Both the position numbers and the translations under genes were made by a program. A stretch of 64,000 bases of DNA from Octopus sinensis (taxonomy: Eukaryota). The notes beneath the pieces are model-generated. The model had not been told where the DNA came from. It ran no database searches and saw only the letters and a program-made list of their open reading frames with translations. Of this stretch, positions 12,637-25,870 are shown in pieces. The DNA is taken from positions 7,130,001 through 7,194,000 of the forward strand of contig NC_043020.1 of assembly GCF_006345805.1 (NCBI RefSeq), read 5' to 3'. Numbering within the stretch: the stretch's first letter is position 1; each line of letters begins with the position of its first letter.

Positions 12637-13260
12637 CACATACATATATATATACACATACATATATATACACATACATATATCTATATACATATATATA
12701 TATATATATATACATACATATACATGTGTCTGTTTATACATATATACATACGTGTGCGTGTGTCTATATATATGTGTATATATATATATATAATACACAC
12801 ATGTACGTGTGTGTGCGCACACGCATTTATTATTATCATTATTATTATCCTTATTATTATTATTATCATTATTATTATTATTATCAATTGTTTATACTAG
12901 AATCAAAGAATTAATTTTCCTCTCTCACACTAATTAAGAAGCTTTATTGCTGCTGTTGTTGTTAGGGGTGATGGTGGGGGTTGGTCGATAGGGCTTGCTG
13001 CCGTTAGTAGTGGTGGCCACGACGCTATTGGCGGCGGCGGCGGCCTTGGGTGACGACCCCCCCTCCCGCCACCGGTGGTGGTGGTGGTGGCAGTGTTGTT
13101 GTTGTTGTTGTAATGATGCTTGGCATTAATAAGACTTATTGTTAATGGTGATTGTCGTTAGTGATGTCACAGTGGTGGTGGTCACGGTGGGGGTTACGGC
13201 GCTGTTGTTATTGCCGTTCAGCCTTTGGCTTCAAACTAATTGAGCCGATCGACCTCCCCC
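11760..13260 (-). promoter_or_regulatory. Possible promoter region for the 11-kb exon
   Basis: CpG-rich patches (GGC repeats at about 11815 and 13030), CACGTG at 12082, CCAAT at 12278, GC box CCCGCC at 13065, in an AT-rich background upstream of the candidate exon. Confidence 0.25.
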
Positions 13261-13639
13261 CTCCCATCATCAAAGACATTCCAACTGCGACCTAACCAAC
13301 TTTTTTGGTCCATTTGAAGCAAAAGAAAACAAACGCATAATGAGTGATTCGAGGAAATTTGGTTGCTATTTCTAGCAGATCAAGTAACAGCATAGGTTTG
13401 GTGGTGTTGCTGCTGTTATAGTTTAGCCCCCAGGTCAGCCCTGAATGAGCAGACTTCTATGATCAGACATTTCAGCTGTGACCATCCAGTTTCATTCAGT
13501 TCACAGAGTATAAACCAAGATAATGTGTCCCTTTTTTTAGACACTGTGGTACAAATCTGAGGGAGACTTTGGCTGTTGTTTCATGGAGACGAGTCATCTG
13601 CACGTTAATTAATAGAGGAAGCAGAGGGATTTAAAACAG

Positions 13640-13645
13640 ACAGAC

Positions 13646-13739
<94 letters not shown>

Positions 13740-13807
13740 AGATAGATAGATAGATAGATAGATAAAGATAGATAGATAGATAAAGATAGATAGATAGATA
13801 GATAGAT

Positions 13808-13843
<36 letters not shown>

Positions 13844-13872
13844 GTAGAGAGCTAGATAGATAGGTAGAGAGC

Positions 13873-13931
<59 letters not shown>

Positions 13932-13948
13932 GTAGATAGGTAGATAGA

Positions 13949-13980
<32 letters not shown>

Positions 13981-14065
13981 TAGACAGACAGAAGATAGAT
14001 AGATAGATAGATAGACAGACAGATATAGATAGATAGATAAAGATAGATAGATAGATAGACACATG
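13640..14065. repeat. (AGAT)n microsatellite
   Basis: Seen directly; others at 38425-38700 and 48250-49070. Confidence 0.95.
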
Positions 14066-14810
14066 CACTAGACAGAAGACAGACAGGCTGATAGATGGGG
14101 CTAGTTAGAGATAGACAAACAGACAGATACAGAATAAATGGTTAAGATGGATGGGGGTGTGTGATAAATGGCTAGAGAAGACAGGCAGACAGATAGAGAT
14201 ATATATACATAGATATACACACAAAAGATAACTGGCTGGGGGCTGGCTAAATAGACAGTTAGACAGAGAGAGAGGGGGGGAAGTGGGGACAGAGAGGTAA
14301 ATATACAGATAATTAGATAGACAGAGAGATAACCATAGTTATTATATAAATAAATATAGAGCCGATATATAATTGTGAGGAAGCAAAGTTTTTTTCTAAA
14401 AGTTGTCTACAGGGAGGAAGGAACCAAAAGTCTTGGATAGTTTTTGGAAATTTGTAGCTTGAGATAGACTTTCTCAAAGACTTCTCTTCTGTAAGGTATT
14501 ACATGGCTGACTAACACAGATTCACCCAGATCTAGTTACTGTCTCTCTCACTCTCTCTCTATCACTCACTCCCCTTCTCTCTCTCTCTTTCTCTCTCTCA
14601 CTGCCTTTCTTTCTCTCTCAAATCTTATCTTACATTTTCTCTTCAGACTATCTCCAGTTGTTTCCTCAAAGTTACACACACACACGCATAAATGTATGAA
14701 CGGTTGTATATAGTTTGTGTGTGTGTGTATAAATATATTTACAATCCATATACATCTATATAGATATATATACATCTCTCTCTCTCTCTCTATCTATATA
14801 TATATATATA

Positions 14811-14850
<40 letters not shown>

Positions 14851-14936
14851 ATCCAAACATGAAAGCACAAAAAAACACAACAACGCGAGGACGTGGAACA
14901 AATATAGTATTATTGGACGCTCAGGAAAGAAGGAGG

Positions 14937-14971
14937 GTTTAACGTTTCAAGCGGAGCTCTTCGTCAGAAAC
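14937..14971 (-). ncRNA. Minimal type I hammerhead ribozyme in an interspersed repeat (about 14827-15050)
   Basis: GUUU-CUGACGA-A GAGC UCC GCUU-GAAACGUU-AAAC; loopless palindromic stem III (ACGU). Confidence 0.65.
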
Positions 14972-15930
14972 ATAGGAAAAGGAAAGATCCAGAGAAGGGA
15001 AGACAGAGGAAAAAAAATCGCCAACGGTACACACGCGCTCACATTTTGAATATATATATATATATACATATATACACACACACACACAAATGTATGAATG
15101 GGCTTAGCAGTATTTCGTCTGCTGCTACGTTCTAAGCTCAAATTCCGCCGAGGTCGACTTTGCCTTTCATCTTTACGGGGTCGATTAAATAAGTACCAGT
15201 TACGCACTGGGGTCGATATAATCGACTTAATCCAAATTGAATATTTGGACCATATATGACCTGTTTATGGGCTAAAGGGTTAACATCATAAATGTCACTA
15301 GTCTGGGGAACCCTGCAAAGTCAAACTCATTGTCCCTTTCTCAGACCCAGCAAGTAAAAACAAAAAGAAAAAAAGAATAAACCTTTAACTGTCTCCAGGT
15401 AAAGAAATACTTCCTGAAGTCCTTCAAACAACAAACAACGCAATGAATGGTCAGGGTTTCATGATACACAATCAACAACAGCATTTGTATGGCCAGTGAC
15501 TTTGAGACAAAGACACAGTTTTACATTCATGGAATGGATTTTATTTCAAAGATTTCCTTCTCCTAAATGGATTGTCTTTCATTACGACCATTGACCACCA
15601 TCTACCCTTGACGATATTGGATGTCCATTAACTCTCCTGAGTTCCTCCACCCTTTAATGGGCCTCATTTTGCATCCCACAGGGTGTCCAAAAGCCACCCT
15701 CCTTCACCAAGCCAGCTTGGTGGGGTTGCTGGTTTAGTTGCTAATGACCCAACTATGCAACAGGTTGTACTGGATTACATGTTACCTATAGTGCTAGAAC
15801 AACCTGACATACATACATGTGTGTGTGTGTGTAATCTCATTAAAATCCTCTCACACCCAAACATACAGAAATAAAGAGAGTGGAATACACATACTCACAC
15901 ACACACACACACACACACAACACACACATA

Positions 15931-16066
15931 GGGGCTGCTAAAAAGTTCCTGGCTTTAAGAGTATCACAAAAGGCCTGGTTGGATGCCCAACCTTCTGAGT
16001 TCTTTAACAGAGCTTAGAAAAACTGAAGGACTGCTGCAATAAGTGTGTGAATCTGAGAGGGAAATA
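15931..16066 (+). mobile_element. Partial copy of the same mariner-derived element
   Basis: GGGGCTGCTAAAAAGTTCCTGG end and EKLKDCCNKCVNLRG tail. Confidence 0.65.
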
Positions 16067-16351
16067 TATATATATATATATTACATATATACACACACAT
16101 ATATAGGGTTAAAATCTGAGCACATCTGCATATTTCAATATTCCAAATGTATATGCAATTGTTCTATTTGATATAGTATTTGATTCTGTCTGAAGAAATT
16201 TTAATAGGAATTATTTTACAGGTTTTCAACTACATGTACAATTTTGTAACTCCTATTACCAAATGAAACACATGTAATGGTGAATAAATGATATCAAAAA
16301 ACTTGTCCAATCTCCTGTTTTGATTTGTGTGTGAGAGAGAGAGTGTGTGGT

Positions 16352-16398
<47 letters not shown>

Positions 16399-17754
16399 GA
16401 GAGGTGTGTGGTTGTGTGTGTGAGAGAGACAGACAGACAGACAGAGAGTGTCTATGTGTGAGAGAGAGAGAGAGAGACAGACAGACAGAGTGTGTGTGTG
16501 TCTGCACACATATATAAATATAACTTCCTTACAATTTATGCTCTGAACAATGTATATATACATTATATCTTTTAATTCTATTTGTTTTAGCCATGAGACA
16601 GTGGCCATGCTGGTGCACCACCATGAAGCATTTTAGTCAAATGAATTAATTGGCCCCAGTAATTATTTTTTTTTTTAAGTCTGGTACTTATTCTAGCCAT
16701 TTCTTTCTGCCACACAGTAAAAGCAATAGGGACATAAACACACCAACACCGGTGGTCAAACAGTATTCTTCTTTCAGTTTCCATCTACCAAATCTACTCA
16801 CAAGGCTTTGGGCAGCCAAAGGCTATAGTAGAAGATACTTGCCCAAGGTGCCATGCAGTGGGATTGAACCCAGAATCATGTCACTGGGAAGCAAACTACT
16901 TACCACACAGCTACACCATATTACACACAATATATCTATCCATCATCATCACCATCAATTAACGTCCGCTTTCCATGCTAGTATGGGTTGGACGATTTGA
17001 CAGAGGTCTGGCGAACCAGATGGCTGCACCAGGCTCCAATCTGATTTGGCAGAGTTTCTACAGCTGGATGCCCTTCCTAATGCCAACCACTCCGAGAGTG
17101 TAGTGGGTGCTTTTACATGCCACCAGCACGAGAGCCAGTTAGGCGGCACTGGCAACGACCACGCTCAAATGGTGCTTTTTATGTGCCACCTGCACTGGAG
17201 CCAGTCCAGCGACACTAGCACCAACTGACTATCACGTTTTCCAGGCATTTGACAACTTTTTGCAAGGCAAAAAAACTTCAAACCTGAAGAAGATGCAAAA
17301 AACAGTCTTCCATGATTTCATCACCTCTTATTTCTTTACTGCCCACAAGGGGCTACACACAAAGGGGATAAACAAGGACAGATAAATGGATTAAGTCGAT
17401 TATATTGACTTCAGTGCATAACTGGTACTTTAATCGACCCCGAAAGGATGAAAGGCAAAGTCGGCCTCGGTGGAATTTGAACCCAGAACATAGAGGCAGA
17501 CAAAATACCGCTAAGCATTTCGCCCGGCGTACTAACGTTTCTGCCAGCTCGCCACCTTATTCCGGAGAGCAGGAAGTGATTTCATCACCTCTCGCTCTCT
17601 GGAAATCTTTGCTGCTGGAATAAATAAGCTACCGATAAAATGACAAAATTGTGTTGATAATTTAGGTGCACACTTAGATTAGCTGCACTGCTTTTTGTTG
17701 AGATAAAGTAAAATTAACTTTCAGATCAAAATCAGACATTTCATTCATAATGAC

Positions 17755-17797
<43 letters not shown>

Positions 17798-18155
17798 TTG
17801 AGATAGGGGTTGTGAGTGCATACATATTGTACTTATTGTATCATATTACTCATTGATGTGCACTGTTTTGTTCTGTACTATTATGTTTGACTTTGATGTT
17901 CATATGTAGTTGGTTAATAAATTATGTGAATGGGGATTATCTGGTAGTTGATTACTGATTAAGGTGTATTTCTCCATTTTCTTATTTTGTATATATATAT
18001 ATAAATATATGTATTAGAAGAAATGAGGTACTCAGATATTCGGATGGTTTTATATTTACAGATATTTATTTGTATATTACATGTTTTTATACATCATATA
18101 ACTTAGATCATATATTAGCGCTTTCTCCCATTCTAGTGGGGTTTTCAAATCGAAC

Positions 18156-18187
<32 letters not shown>

Positions 18188-18759
18188 ATATATATATATG
18201 ATGGGCTTCGTTAAGTTTCCATCTTTGGTCGGCCCAAAGTTATAATAGAAGACACCTGCCCAAGGTGCCACGCAGTGGGACTGAACCCGGAACCATATGG
18301 TTGGGAAGCAAGCTTCTACACAGCCACGCCTGTGCCGATACTCTTTACTCTTTTACTTGTTTCAGTCATTTGACTGCGGCCATGCTGGAGCACCGCCTTT
18401 AGTCAAGCAAATCGACCCTGGGACTAATTCTTTGTAAGCCCAGTACTTATTCTATCGGTCTCTTTTGCCAAACCGCTAAGTGACGGGGACATAAACACAC
18501 CAGCATCGGTTGTCAAGCAATGCTAGGGGGACAAACACAGACACACAAACACATACCCACACATACATATATATATATATATACATATATACGACAGGCT
18601 TCTTTCAGTTTCCGTCTACCAAATCCACTCACAAGGCATTGGTCGGCGCGGGGCTATGGCAGAAGACACTTGCCCAAGATGCCACGTGGTGGGACTGAAC
18701 CTGGAACCATGTGGTTGGTTAGCAAGCTACTTACCACACGTCCACTCCTGCACCTATAT

Positions 18760-18800
<41 letters not shown>

Positions 18801-19139
18801 GAAGAGAGAAAGAGAAACACAGAAGGGTGTGCGATACACACACTCACATATATACACAGAGGCTATATGTGTGAACAGACAAAGCTCTGATTAAGGCTGA
18901 AATGCTGTCTGAGGCAGTTAACAGAAGATGTACAGGCTATACCTACCAATCCTACCAGGGTGGGTGGGTATGTGTGTGCACGCAGGCGCAGGCACGTATG
19001 TTCCAGTATCTTGGCAGCCGCCTCAAGAAACAAAGACAAAAACAGAGAGAGGCAGAGGGTGGGGAATGAGAGATGAGAGAGACAGACAGACAGAGAAAGT
19101 AAGAGAGAGGAAGAGAGAAGTGAAAGAGACAGATAGATA

Positions 19140-19420
19140 GATAAAGGAAGAGAGAAAGAAAGATAGACAGAGGAATAGAGGAGGGAGAGAGAGAAAGAAA
19201 GATAGACAGAGGAAGAGAGGAGGGAGAGAGAGAAAGAAAGATAGACAGAGGAAGAGAGGAGGGAGAGAGAGAAAGAAAGATAGACAGAGGAAGAGAGGAG
19301 GGAGAGAGAGAAAGAAAGATAGACAGGGAAGAGAGGAGGAGAGAGAGAGAAAGAAAGATAGACAGAGGAAGAGAGGAGGGAGAGAGAGAAAGAAAGATAG
19401 ACAGAGGAAGAGAGGAGGGG
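19140..19420. repeat. Purine minisatellite of about 40 bp, roughly 7 copies
   Basis: AGATAGACAGAGGAAGAGAGGAGGGAGAGAGAGAAAGAA repeated. Confidence 0.9.
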
Positions 19421-19675
19421 AGAGAGATAGAAAACCCAAAGTTCTTAGCTAAGCCAGGAAGTAAGAAAGTCAAGAAAAGGTAAAACCCTAACCCCCCCTC
19501 CAATCCCTACACCACCCCCCACACCACCGTACTGCTACTGTGGATGTTGTTCATAGTGGTGGTGGTGGTGATGGTAGGGGGTGGTGTGGGGTGGGGGCTG
19601 AAGGTGTTGCTGAAGAATGACGAAAGATGAGGTAATTCTGCCACCAGCAAACAATATGGTAACAGCCATTCTACA

Positions 19676-19722
<47 letters not shown>

Positions 19723-19909
19723 ATATATATATGTATGTATATATGATACACACACACACACATATTGACATATGTACATAAATACACACAAGGATGTATA
19801 CCTATGCATGTTCATATATGTAATGTGTGTGTGTATGTGCTTGTGTGTGAATGAATGTGCATATATGTGTGTACATGTATATGCATGTATATATATATAT
19901 ATATATATA

Positions 19910-20845
19910 TATCATCATCATCATCATCATCGTTTAGCGTCCGTTTTCCATGCTAGCATGGGTTGGACGGGTCAACTGGGGTCTGTGAAGCTGGAAGGCT
20001 TCGTCAGGCCCAGTCAGATCTGGCAGTGTTTCTACGGCTGGATGCCCTTCCTAACGCCAACCACTCCGCGAGTGTAGTGGGTGTTTTTTACGTGCCACCT
20101 GCACAGGTGCCAGGCAGAGCTGGCGAACGGCCACGAACGGATGGTGCTTTTACGTGTCACCGCACGGGGCCAGGGTGCTGGAAACGGACACGAACGGATG
20201 GTGCTTTTACGTGCCACCTGCACAGTGCCAGGCAGAGCTGGCAACCGTCCACGAACGGACGGTGCTTTTACGTGAAACCGGCACGGGGGCCATCCGAGGC
20301 TGGTATCGCACGGCACGGGGGCCAGCCGAGGCTGGCAACGGACACGGACGGATGGTGCTTTTACGTGCCACCGACACGGGCCTACAGAGCTGGCAAACGG
20401 CCACGAACGGATGGTGCTTTTACGTGTCACCGGCACGGGGGCCAGCCGAGGCTGGCACGGACGCGAACAATGGTGCTTTTACGTGCCACCGACACGGTGC
20501 CAGACAGAGCTGGCAAACGGCCACGAAGCGGACGGTGCTTTTACGTGTCACCGGCATGGGGGCCAGCCGAGGCTGGCAACGGACACGGACGGATGGTGCT
20601 TTTACGTGCCACCGACACGGGGCCAGACAGAGCTGGCCAACGGCCACGAACGGACGGTGCTTTTACGTGTCACCGGCACGGGTGCCAGGCGAGGCTGGCA
20701 ATGAACACGAACGGATGGTGCTTTTACGTGCCACCGACACGGGGCCAGGCAGAGCTGGCAAACGGCCCTGAGCGAATGGTGCTTTTACGTATCACCGGCA
20801 CGGGTGCCAGACGAGGCTGACAGCGGACACGAACAGATGGGTCAC
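19910..20845 (-). mobile_element. RTE 3'UTR-type element with an expanded GC-rich minisatellite
   Basis: (ATC)n tail and 3' end shared with the 21915-22105 3'UTR; about 12-13 units of 60-62 bp at 20080-20840. Confidence 0.85.
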
Positions 20846-20929
20846 TTAACCCCTGCTTTCTGATATATATACACACACGTGTGTTTGTATGTGTGTGTTT
20901 ATATATATATATATATAAGTATTAGTAAG

Positions 20930-22105
20930 CAGCAAGAGGTACTCAGCACACACCCCCTCGGGTAGGTGGCCCTGCTCAACCTGTAGGAAAGGTACAGGTA
21001 GAAACTCCATAAGATGCACCCAATGTAAGTTATGGACACATAAGAGGTGCAGCAACATTAAAGGGAAATTAACAGATAAGATAGCTTTCATGTGCGGCAG
21101 ATGCACAGGGACAATAGACACAACAGACACTCAGAAAACAGATTCCATCACACTCCAGGGAGAGAAACTAGAAGTTTGATAGTTTCCGCTACCTGGGTGA
21201 CCAAGTTAGTAGCGGAGGTGGATGCACAGAGAGTATCACCACTAGAATACGAATAGCCTGGGCAAAGTTCAGAAAGCTCCTACCCCTACTGGCAACAAAA
21301 GGTCTCTCCCTCAGAGCAAAAGGTAGATTGTATGATGCATGTGTGCGAACTGTCATGCTTCACGGTAATGAAACATGGGCTGTGACTGCAGAAGACATGC
21401 GTAGACTTGAAAGAAATGAAGCTAGCATGATCCGCTGGATGTGTAGTGTCAGTGTGCACGCAAGACAGAGTGTAAGCACCCTGAGAGAAATGCTGGATAT
21501 AAGAAGCATCAGATGTGGTGTGCAAGAGCGACGCTTGCGATGGTATGGTCATGTGCTGCGGATGGATGAAGAGAGATGTGTGAAGAAGTGCCACCCAAAC
21601 AGTTGAAGGTATCAGGGGGAGAGGTAGACCCAGGAAGACATGGGATGAGGTAGTCAAGCATGACCTCAGAGCATTGGGCCTCACTGAGGCAATGGCGAAG
21701 GACCAAGATCTCTGGAGATATGCTGTGACTACAAAGACCCGGGCTGCTTTCTGCAGCAATTCCACATACCCCCTACCCATTCTAAGTACCCCGGATCCCC
21801 AAAGTACCCTGGATCCCCAAAGTACCCGATCCCCAAAGTACCCCGGACCTCGTTGCCCCCGTGCCGCTGACACGTTAAAAGCTCGAACCGATCGTGACCG
21901 ATGCCGGACCCTCCGGCCCCTGTGCAGGTGGCACGTAAAAAGCACCCAATCCACTCACGGAGTGGTTGGCGTTAGGAAGGGCATCCAGCCGTAGAAACTC
22001 TGCCAGATTCAGACTGGAGCCTGGAGCGGCCCCTGGCTTCCCAGACCCGGTCGAACCGTCCAACCCGTGCTAGCGCGGAAAGCGGACGTTAAACGATGAT
22101 GATGA
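20930..22105 (+). mobile_element. 5'-truncated RTE-clade LINE (ORF C-terminus, 3'UTR, (GAT)n tail), frameshifted
   Basis: DSFRYLGDQ, RIAWAKF, LYDACVRTVMLHGNETW, RLRWYGHVLRM and GRPRKTW motifs; frameshifts near 21178 and 21600. Confidence 0.9.
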
Positions 22106-22257
22106 TATGAATTCATGCTTGTTTGTATTTGTATGTAAATATGCATGTGTATATCTATGTATGCATGCTTTTGGGTGTGAGTGTATATGAATATATATAT
22201 ATGAGGTAATTCTGCCACTAGAATATGCATATGCATATGTGTATGTATATATATATA

Positions 22258-23300
22258 TATACTAGCATTATGACCCGTCATTGCCGGGTCATAGTGCTAG
22301 TGCATGTATATGTGTGTATATATATGTGTACATAATACACGTACATCTATATATATATATATATACATCTACACATAAAATACAAAGTTATATCTTGATA
22401 TCACTAGTGATAACAATACTCAAAATATATAACAGACTGGAATTGTTAGCCCATCTCTTGTAATTTCGATCAATTGTATCTTGTCCTCCCTCTTGTATAA
22501 AAGTGTGGCTACAATCCAGCCTACCTCTACCTCTGGTGGGGGGGTAATTTTTAATTTTTATCCGGGACGTCCTACGTCCCAGATATAAAGGTAAAAATAA
22601 AATATTTCCGCTTTGCAAGTTCGAGTCGAGTACTCCCTTGCACGCTCCGTTGACTCAAACCTTGCTTCTATTGTGGCGAATTTACCGCCTCTGGTTAGAT
22701 ATCTTTCATAATCGCACCAAGACATTTTTCGAAGGTGCTTGCCTCCAGGTGTTCAAATTTTCTTTTTTCTCTATATTGTATACTTTATAGACAATAGTCT
22801 TTTCTTTAATTTAATTTTTTATTATCCATCTGGACTATTCCATTTCTGCACGCTAATTTTATTTTTAATTTATTCCCATTCATGTGAAACCACTTATTCA
22901 AGTTCAAGTCATTGATGCAATTTTATACCAATTGCTATTTTTACTTTTATTATGTTACGATTATATTATACTTTAGTTTGATTTTAACTATTACTTACTA
23001 CATATAATTCAATTGTTATTATTATTTTTATTGTTAAAGTGAAAGCATCTGACATAAAATAGAGAAATGTCTTTGTTTCACTTTTAACAAGTAATACTGA
23101 AATAGTGGAGAAGATATGATATTGCTATAGGCTTGCTGTAGGCAAGAAGTTGAACATTTTTTTTGCCAATGACACTCTCCGGACCCTAAGTAAGGCATGT
23201 GTAAAATTTGAATGAAATTGGTTGTGTAGTTCTCAAGTTTTAGGGAAACACACAGACAGACAGATACACATTCTCAGTTTTATATATATAAAGATATATA
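22258..23300. mobile_element. Helitron/Helentron-like non-autonomous element
   Basis: Begins in a TA tract with a 17-bp hairpin ACTAGCATTATGACCCG-7nt-CGGGTCATAGTGCTAGT; ends with ACAGACAGA...CAGTTTTATATAT. Confidence 0.45.
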
Positions 23301-25211
23301 TATATATAAAATGAAATCTATGCTAAATTATGTTTACAGAAGGCATGCTTCTCTTTCCCCTCTGATCTACTAAACACTTGTCTAACAGCAGTGATGGACA
23401 GAAATTGTTCAGAGACAGCACAGTAGCTTGGCTTTATTTTATTTATAAATTAAAATTGTTTTAATTCCCACCACCACCACCACCACCATCCTTTCACCAA
23501 CTCACCTAACCCTACCCCCACGCCCTCCTGACCCTGCTTCTTACTCCTCCTTCTCCAATATGGGCCCCCTCCATTCACCGTTGTCTACTCTTACCGCTCC
23601 TCGCATAAAACTACCAAATGTCACACCAAACTGGCAAGAGAGACACACTGTTTAGTCTACCTTGCTCCATCAATCACATCATACAGAAGCACAAACACAC
23701 ACACACACACACACACACCAAACTCTCACACACACATGCATATTTTCTGCATTAACCACCACCACAATAGCGTTGTTGTTGTTGTTGTCGTTGTTGTTAA
23801 TGGTGGTGGTAAGACAGACATTCAGGTTTTTAATTTGAAATGAAAAATAAATTCTGTAAACGTGTAAATGCAAATTTGCAAGAAGATACCACCACTACCA
23901 CCACCACCACCATCACTACCACCACCACCATCATCATCACTAACATCATCATCACTTCACCACCACAACCACCATCATCACTACCACCACCACCACCACC
24001 ACCATCATCATTTATTTCACACAGCTGCAGTCCTCTCAGCTGGCAAAAATGAATTGTACCTGTAATTACAAAAGGGGCCAGCCTTTGTCGCTGAATCTCC
24101 CTGAGAACTACATTAAGGGTACACATGTGTCTGTGGAGTGCTCAACCACTCACACATTAATTTCATAAACAGGCTGTTCCAGTCGATCGAATCAACTGGA
24201 ACCCTCGTCGTCACAGCTGACTGAGTACCAGTTTTTAGGGGTTTATCTCAATATTTATTCTTTTATTTTCATTTGTTACAGTCCTTTGATAGCGGCCATG
24301 CTGGAGCACCACCTTCAATGGCTCCAACACTCATTTTTTTTTTTAGAGCCTGGTTCTTATTCTATCGGTCACTTTTGCCGAACTGATAGGTTACAGGAAC
24401 ATAAACCCACCAACACCAGTTTTCAAGCAGTGATGGGAGGCAGGGTGCGAACAGACACAAACACATTTCTTTAAGTTTTATTTTCTTTTACTTGCTTCAG
24501 TCATCTTGACAGTGGCCATCCTGGAGCAGCACCTTTAGTTGAACAAATCGACCTCAGGACTTATTCTTTTGTAAGCTTAGTACTTATTCTATTGGCCTCT
24601 TTTGCTGAATCGCTAAGTTGCAGGGACATAAACACACCAACACCCACTGTCAAGCGATGGTGGAGGGACAAACACAGACACACAAACATATACACACATA
24701 CATATATAGATACGACAGGCTTCTTCCAGTTTCCATCTACCATATCCATTCACAATGCTTTGGTCAGCCCAAGGTTATAGTAGAAGACACTTGCCCAAGG
24801 TGCCATGCAATGGGACTGAACCAGGAACCATGTGGTTGGGAAGCAAGCTTCTCATCACACAGCCACGATGGGCTTCTTTCAGTTTCCATCAGCCAAATCC
24901 ATTTATGAGGCTTTGGTCGGCCAGAGGATATATTCGAAGACACTTGGTCAAGGTGCCAGGCAATGGGACTAAACCCAGAACCATATGGTTGGGAAGCAAG
25001 CTTCTTATCAAACATCCATGTCTATATATATATATATATAAGAAAAAAGCAACAAGAATGGATCAATTGCTTTTTTCCTATTTGCTTTTTTCCTATTTGT
25101 AATCACCCCACTTGTCGTATGGTTAACACTATATAGATTTCCGGTGCATCCTAGTTAAGGACCATATTCATGTGAATTCATTAGAACTCACTTGAATCTC
25201 AATTACTTAAA

Positions 25212-25274
<63 letters not shown>

Positions 25275-25425
25275 TTTTTTTGAGTATACATTGTCTGGGA
25301 GACTCTTCTTATAGTAGAGGAAATAGCTAAATTCTTTGGCTGCTATTTCTAAAAGTTCGGTGTGTGGTAAAGTAAATTTTTTTGCTGAACCCTAATTATA
25401 TAAAGTATATCATCATCATCATCGT

Positions 25426-25459
<34 letters not shown>

Positions 25460-25870
25460 TTCAAGGCAATCCTCATTACCAGAATTTCACAAGCAGGCTG
25501 TTCCGTCAATGAGACCATCTGAAATTGGTCATAACCAATGGTATGCCAGTCAGGCTGCCCTTCCATCACATACCACACAGCCTCCTCATCACATGTCCTT
25601 CTTATCTAATCCATATCTCTTTACCACTCAAATACGTCTGTCGCTCTTACTGCAGTTTCTCCATCACCCACGCATTTATCTCTCGTGCATCTCTCGCACT
25701 CATTTTCCTGTTGTTCATCCCTCGACCATCCCCTCCTCCTCTGCTCAGCCTCGAGTCTTGTACCAGTGCTACATGAGAGCATTCATTTGGGGCCACATTA
25801 AAAGCATCCTGGCTGTAGAAATCAAGCCAATTGAGATGGAACTTAACGCAGCTCCCCAGCTCTGGTCAAA

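Noticed and set aside
12307-12914. Y/I/H/T/C/V-rich ORFs here and at 38-41, 47.9-49.2, 52.9-53.6, 57.6-58.4 and 63.4-64 kb
   Set aside because: Microsatellite translations.
19963-20820. 285-aa and 205-aa ORFs
   Set aside because: GC-rich minisatellite in a LINE 3'UTR.
20080-20840. CRISPR-like regular repeats
   Set aside because: No unique spacers, eukaryotic context and no cas genes.
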